The notes beneath the pieces were generated by a model. The model had not been told where the DNA came from. It searched no databases and saw only the letters and a program-made list of their open reading frames with translations. This document shows, piece by piece, positions 59,772 through 64,000 of a stretch of 64,000 nt of DNA. This DNA is from Candidatus Omnitrophota bacterium (GTDB lineage: Bacteria; Omnitrophota; Gorgyraeia; Duberdicusellales; 4484-171). The DNA lies in the NCBI GenBank assembly GCA_016935525.1, contig JAFGQU010000007.1, forward strand, positions 9,057-73,056, in the 5' to 3' direction. Position 1 is the stretch's first letter. Each line of letters opens with the position of its first letter. Made by a program: the position numbers and the translations under genes.

Positions 59772-60426
59772 TATCGAGACTTCGACTCAGATGGTTTCCT
59801 GTGCTCTGGGAGATGAGAAAAAACGCATTTTTCGGTTTTCCCGGAATAAACCGCGCGCGGCATCTACCCTGATCGGTGATATCAAAAGACTGATGGATAC
59901 CCATAGGGCCACCTTTGCCGATATCGATGCGTTTGTCATCGGTTCCGGCCCGGGTTCGTTTACCGGCCTGCGTATCGGGTACAGTCTTGTGAAAGGGTTC
60001 AGTATCGGCGCCAATAAACCGGTAATTGAACTGGGCAGTTTTTTGTCTATCGTAACACAGCTCCAATCCGAGTATACCCGTATCGCGGTAGTGAGTGACG
60101 CCCGGCGCAACCTTTTTTACGGAGCAAGTTACCGTATTGCGAATAATAAGATCGTCCGGGTAAAAAAAGAGGGGCTGTATACGCCGAAAGAATTTATCGC
60201 TCACCATTCGGATTATGTATTTGTGACCTATGACGAACATATAAGACAGTTTTTAAATGAACAGGGCCGTAACCTGTCGGTACACCGGGGGTGTGTGTGG
60301 CCGGACGCGGAAGTATTGATTACCCTTGCCGGGCCGTTATATAATAAGAAAAAGTACGTAAAGTGCGATACACTGAAACCGTTATATCTTTATCCGAAAG
60401 ACTGCCAGGTGAAGCGTATTAAATAG
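59758..60426 (+). CDS. tsaB: tRNA threonylcarbamoyladenosine biosynthesis protein TsaB
   Basis: LSIETST...GPGSFTGLRIG motifs. Confidence 0.8.
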   Translation: MKLLSIETSTQMVSCALGDEKKRIFRFSRNKPRAASTLIGDIKRLMDTHRATFADIDAFVIGSGPGSFTGLRIGYSLVKGFSIGANKPVIELGSFLSIVTQLQSEYTRIAVVSDARRNLFYGASYRIANNKIVRVKKEGLYTPKEFIAHHSDYVFVTYDEHIRQFLNEQGRNLSVHRGCVWPDAEVLITLAGPLYNKKKYVKCDTLKPLYLYPKDCQVKRIK

Positions 60427-60512
60427 TATAGTCGATAGTCGTTGATCGATAGTATTTAGTGAAAAACGAAAACAAAAACTATAGACCAGAGACCAGAGAC
60501 CGGAGACTGAAT

Positions 60513-61616
60513 ATGTATAGACCGTTATGGATCGAAGTTGACCGGAAAGCGTTAAAGAAAAACGTTTTAACGATTAAAAAGATCATCGGGCCGAAAGTGG
60601 GGATCATGGCTACCGTAAAACAGAACGCTTACGGTCACGGGCTCGTTCCTATTGCTCGATGTCTTTCTTCGTTAGGAGTTGTGTATTTTGGAGTAGGTTC
60701 GCTTGAAGAAGCGATCCAGTTACGTCATGCCGGGATAAAAGAGCCGATTTTGATTTTAACCGCATTACTGAAAGAGGGGATCCCCGAACTTTTTCGGTAT
60801 CACGTAACTCCTACAGTTACCAATCTGGACTTCGCAAAATCAGTGAATGAATACGCTATCCGTAAAAACAAGATCCATCCGATCCATTTGAAGATCGATA
60901 CCGGTATGGGCCGTATCGGTTGGTGGTATCAGGGCGCGGTCGCCGCTATCGTTCAGTTAAAAAAACTGACTCATCTGGAATTAGAAGGTATTTTCACGCA
61001 TTATCCGGCCGCCGGTACCGACGACCGGTTTACCCGCCTCCAGATCGGCCGGTTCAATGAGCTGCTTGATGAATTGTCACAGCGTAAGATCGATTTCCGT
61101 TATATCCATACGGCAAACAGCATGGCGCTTTGGAAATACCGTCACGCCCGGTTTAACCTGGTGAGGCCGGGTTTGATCCTTTACGGAATAAAACCGGACG
61201 AAAAGATGGATATCCCTCTTTCGCCGATTCTTTCTTTGAAATCGCAAGTAGTGTTTTTAAAGAAAGTGCCTCGTGGCCGAAGTATCGGTTACGGCCGTAC
61301 GTTCGTCACTAAATCCCCGACTCAGATCGCAACGGTCGCGATAGGATATGCCGACGGATATCCCTGGCGTCTTTCCAATAAAGGGCAAGTCCTTATCCGT
61401 CGTAGGCTTTGCCCGATACGGGGCCGAGTCTGTATGGACCATATTATGGTCGAAACAGGTAATATTACCGGAGTACATTTAGGATGCCCGGTTACTCTTA
61501 TCGGCAAAAACTCCTCTCACCGTATCGGTGCCGAAGATATTGCTCACTGGGCCGGTACGATTCCCTATGAGATCGTGACTCGCCTTTCGTCTAAAATCCC
61601 CCGGATCTATACATAA
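60513..61616 (+). CDS. alr: alanine racemase
   Basis: AVVKANAYGHG-like PLP-Lys region (ATVKQNAYGHG); start at MYRPLWIEVD. Confidence 0.85.
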   Translation: MYRPLWIEVDRKALKKNVLTIKKIIGPKVGIMATVKQNAYGHGLVPIARCLSSLGVVYFGVGSLEEAIQLRHAGIKEPILILTALLKEGIPELFRYHVTPTVTNLDFAKSVNEYAIRKNKIHPIHLKIDTGMGRIGWWYQGAVAAIVQLKKLTHLELEGIFTHYPAAGTDDRFTRLQIGRFNELLDELSQRKIDFRYIHTANSMALWKYRHARFNLVRPGLILYGIKPDEKMDIPLSPILSLKSQVVFLKKVPRGRSIGYGRTFVTKSPTQIATVAIGYADGYPWRLSNKGQVLIRRRLCPIRGRVCMDHIMVETGNITGVHLGCPVTLIGKNSSHRIGAEDIAHWAGTIPYEIVTRLSSKIPRIYT

Positions 61617-61774
61617 TCCTGAAAAATCTAATTCATAACATATTGCATTACAATTAGTTATATAATTTTACGCCAAATCTTGAAATTGTTTTCGAAATAT
61701 GGTATAGAAAAGGTGTAGCAAAATCTTGTTTTTAAAGAACTCTTGAAAATATGTTTTGAAAAAGGCAAACTAAG

Positions 61775-61994
61775 GGAAACCTTAGGGCGTCCGAAGATTC
61801 GGAATTCAACGTTGTGTTGATTTTGGGTCTCTTCGGACCCAGGAACCGTCCAGAACCGAATTTATTCTGGTTTTGCGGCTGGTTCTGGGCAAAGCTTAAG
61901 AGCCTAACGCCTTAAAAATTAAGGCAATGGTCGTCAGCTGCCAAAATGTAAGAAGAAGCAGGGATACCATAGCGTAAGGCTATGGTTTTTTTTT
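61775..61994 (+). ncRNA. candidate structured small RNA ending in a rho-independent terminator
   Basis: UUCG-type hairpin GGGTCTCTTCGGACCC, hairpin CCAGAACC..GGTTCTGG, terminator CCATAGCGTAAGGCTATGG followed by T9; no ORF. Confidence 0.35.
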
Positions 61995-62025
61995 GTGTAA
62001 TGAGGATTATAAGTAAAGGGGGTGT

Positions 62026-62415
62026 TTGATGAGAAAGGTAACGTTATTTTTAGGCATACTTTTGTTACTTTCTCCTTTATCGCTCTGCGCTCAACAACAG
62101 ATGGTTGTTCCTGAGCAGCAGATGCAAAAACCGATGTATGAAGGAGGACCGGTAAGTAAGTTTGCCGACAGTGTGGCCGAGGTCGCTTTTTGTTGGGTTA
62201 ACGTTCCGCTCTCCATTGCCTATCATGCCGAAAAGATCGATCCGCTAAGCAGTGCTATAATCGGCAGCGCATCCGGTACGGCATTAGGGATAAGAGATGG
62301 GATAGAAGGCACACTTGGTGCTACATTCTGTATTGCCCCGCCGTATAAGAAACAGAAAACGGTAGTATCCCTTTTGAAAAAGTGGGACCGTGAGATACAA
62401 GAACGGTACTGGTAG
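62026..62415 (+). CDS. small secreted hypothetical protein
   Basis: signal peptide MMRKVTLFLGILLLLSPLSLCAQ; RBS GGGGG. Confidence 0.5.
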   Translation: MMRKVTLFLGILLLLSPLSLCAQQQMVVPEQQMQKPMYEGGPVSKFADSVAEVAFCWVNVPLSIAYHAEKIDPLSSAIIGSASGTALGIRDGIEGTLGATFCIAPPYKKQKTVVSLLKKWDREIQERYW

Positions 62416-62499
62416 ATAATCTTTTAAGAAGAGAGTATTATAAAAGATCCCTTGTCTTTTACAGGACAAGGGATCTTTTATTTTTGTACAAAAGAGGCT

Positions 62500-63588
62500 C
62501 TAACGGATCAGATTCAATCCGCTCAATCCCACGATCAGAAAAAATAATCCGGCCATCCAGGGAGCCAGAAACGGAAAGACCAATCCGGCTTTTCCAAAAG
62601 CGATGCTGGTGGAAAAAACCACATAATAAATAAATCCGACGATAAAACCGATGCCTAACGAAGAAAGTCCGGCTTTACGTTTTTTTATTTCTAACGCAAA
62701 CGGGAGCACTCCGATGATCAAAAAGATATGGGAAAAAGGATCGGCAAGTTTACGGTGAAATTCGATCACAAGGTTGTCTCCTAACTGCTGCATCTGCATC
62801 CTTTTAAGCCTGGCAATCTCCCGATGCAGGTTTTTAAGGGTCGTGAACCCTTCAAAAATAGATTTTTTGATGACCAGGTTTTCCGGCTGTTCATCGAGAT
62901 CGATTATTTTTTCTTTCCAGTAAAACGGCGTTTCGACAAAAGCGCCTTCGGCATCGACGTTGTAACTGACCACGTCGCTGGCAATCCATACTCCTTTGAT
63001 AAAAGTGATCCTCCGGGCAACCATTTTTTCAGCGATCGATCCATTCGGCGATTCTTTAAAGATGATCACATCCAAAAGCGATTTATCTTGAGGGATAAAC
63101 CGGGAAATGAAGTAAAGCAGGTTTTTATCGCGAAAGGCTATATTGCGTTGTTCTTTGTAGGAAGGATTTTTTTGAGTTAAATATTCCAGTTTGATGTCTT
63201 CGGCCTGTCGTTGCGTATCGAGGAGCAGATTTTCCTGCAGGTAGAGCGCGCCACTGGAGACCAGAAAGGCAAAAGCGATGATCGGTAATGCCATTTTCAG
63301 GATACTGATCCCCATCGTACGCATCCCCAGGATCTCGTTGTGACGGTTGAGTTCCGTAAAAGTATAGAGTGTGCTGATCAGAAGTGAAAAAGGGCTGACC
63401 CGCAGAAAAATAAGCGGTAAGGTCAATACATAGTACCGTAACAATATTTCCCATCTGATCCCGGCCCGCAGGAAATCGCTTAGGTTAGAGAATAAATCGA
63501 TGACCACATAGAGGCCCATGAATGCCGCAAGGATCAACAGGTACCCTTTTACCACTTTACTGAGGATATATTTATCGACGATGTACAT
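62500..63588 (-). CDS. LPS export permease, LptF/LptG (YjgP/YjgQ) family
   Basis: MYIVDKYILSKVVKGYLLIL N-terminus typical of this family. Confidence 0.8.
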   Translation of the reverse strand: MYIVDKYILSKVVKGYLLILAAFMGLYVVIDLFSNLSDFLRAGIRWEILLRYYVLTLPLIFLRVSPFSLLISTLYTFTELNRHNEILGMRTMGISILKMALPIIAFAFLVSSGALYLQENLLLDTQRQAEDIKLEYLTQKNPSYKEQRNIAFRDKNLLYFISRFIPQDKSLLDVIIFKESPNGSIAEKMVARRITFIKGVWIASDVVSYNVDAEGAFVETPFYWKEKIIDLDEQPENLVIKKSIFEGFTTLKNLHREIARLKRMQMQQLGDNLVIEFHRKLADPFSHIFLIIGVLPFALEIKKRKAGLSSLGIGFIVGFIYYVVFSTSIAFGKAGLVFPFLAPWMAGLFFLIVGLSGLNLIR

Positions 63589-64000
63589 TTTTGATCAGAT
63601 AGAGACCGACCATGACAAAAATAATATTAGGAAGCCACATCCCTACGATCGGCGTGAGCATCTTTGCTTCTACCAGAGTTTCTCCCAGGAGCAAGAACAA
63701 ATAATAGATACCGGCAGTAAAAAAAGCGATCCCGAAGTTGATCGATTTTTCGCGGTGACGGACAATAGTCGCGATCCCGAATCCCAGGATCACAAAAGTC
63801 AAGGGAGAAAAGGCGAATCCGATACGTTTATGTATTTCCTGGATCAATTCGTAAGGGACGACATCGGTATCCCGGAATGTTTTTATCCGGGCTTTGAGTT
63901 CTCTGATGGTCATGTCGGAAGTCTTTTTTTCGATTTTTTTGTTTTCTTCTTCATCCAGCGGGATGTCCATGAAAAAGACTTTGAAATTCAACCGGTAAAA
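63572..64000 (-). CDS. second LptF/LptG family permease, C-terminal part (gene continues beyond window end)
   Basis: C-terminal TM region of a YjgP/YjgQ protein; overlaps the downstream paralog. Confidence 0.65.
   Translation of the reverse strand, partial: FYRLNFKVFFMDIPLDEEENKKIEKKTSDMTIRELKARIKTFRDTDVVPYELIQEIHKRIGFAFSPLTFVILGFGIATIVRHREKSINFGIAFFTAGIYYLFLLLGETLVEAKMLTPIVGMWLPNIIFVMVGLYLIKNVHRR

Noticed and set aside
61775-61994. Candidate sRNA considered as SRP RNA, 6S RNA or tmRNA
   Set aside because: There is no clear GGAAGGAAGCAGC-type SRP domain IV motif, no tmRNA tag ORF or CCA end, and the 6S architecture could not be verified by eye. Left as an unclassified candidate.

Overview
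This 64 kb window is a gene-dense, mostly plus-strand stretch of a bacterial chromosome, about 47% GC. Dedicated envelope systems (LptF/G permeases, LolCDE-like, MlaEFD, M48 membrane protease) point to a diderm cell, while several gene blocks follow the Bacillus order: radA-yacL-ispD-ispF-cysS, tmk-holB-ricT-metG-tatD and mcsA-mcsB-clpC. The content is mainly housekeeping. It includes a split B12 methionine synthase, gpmA, a gap-pgk-tpiA-secG cluster, an Opp-type ABC transporter, lysS, ilvE-like, thiL, tsaE, tsaB, alr and mtnA. A beta-PGM/OtsB fusion sits next to a GH65 phosphorylase, and there are a superoxide reductase, greA, a GT2 enzyme, an MFS transporter and an MBOAT+SGNH acyltransferase pair. 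I found no rRNA, tRNA, CRISPR array, transposase or integrase. The loci I would look at first are these: (1) a monocistronic FtsZ-superfamily GTPase with tubulin-type signatures (GQCG and GGGTGSG), an N-terminal histone-H1-like Lys/Ala-rich tail and no FtsZ C-terminal peptide; (2) a 27-codon cationic peptide ORF with a good RBS directly upstream of a radical-SAM/SPASM enzyme that has an ~100 aa N-terminal extension, which is a RiPP-like arrangement; (3) a REC-GGDEF(GGDDF)-MshEN fusion protein; (4) a conserved structured 5' leader, with compensatory base changes, upstream of gap and of the PIN-TRAM gene; (5) at least nine families of short intergenic repeats, including a 7-copy GTCACA/TGTGAC octamer-array element and two 231-bp MITE-like elements with conserved inverted termini. 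All calls were made by eye from the sequence and the ORF track; nothing was searched or computed.
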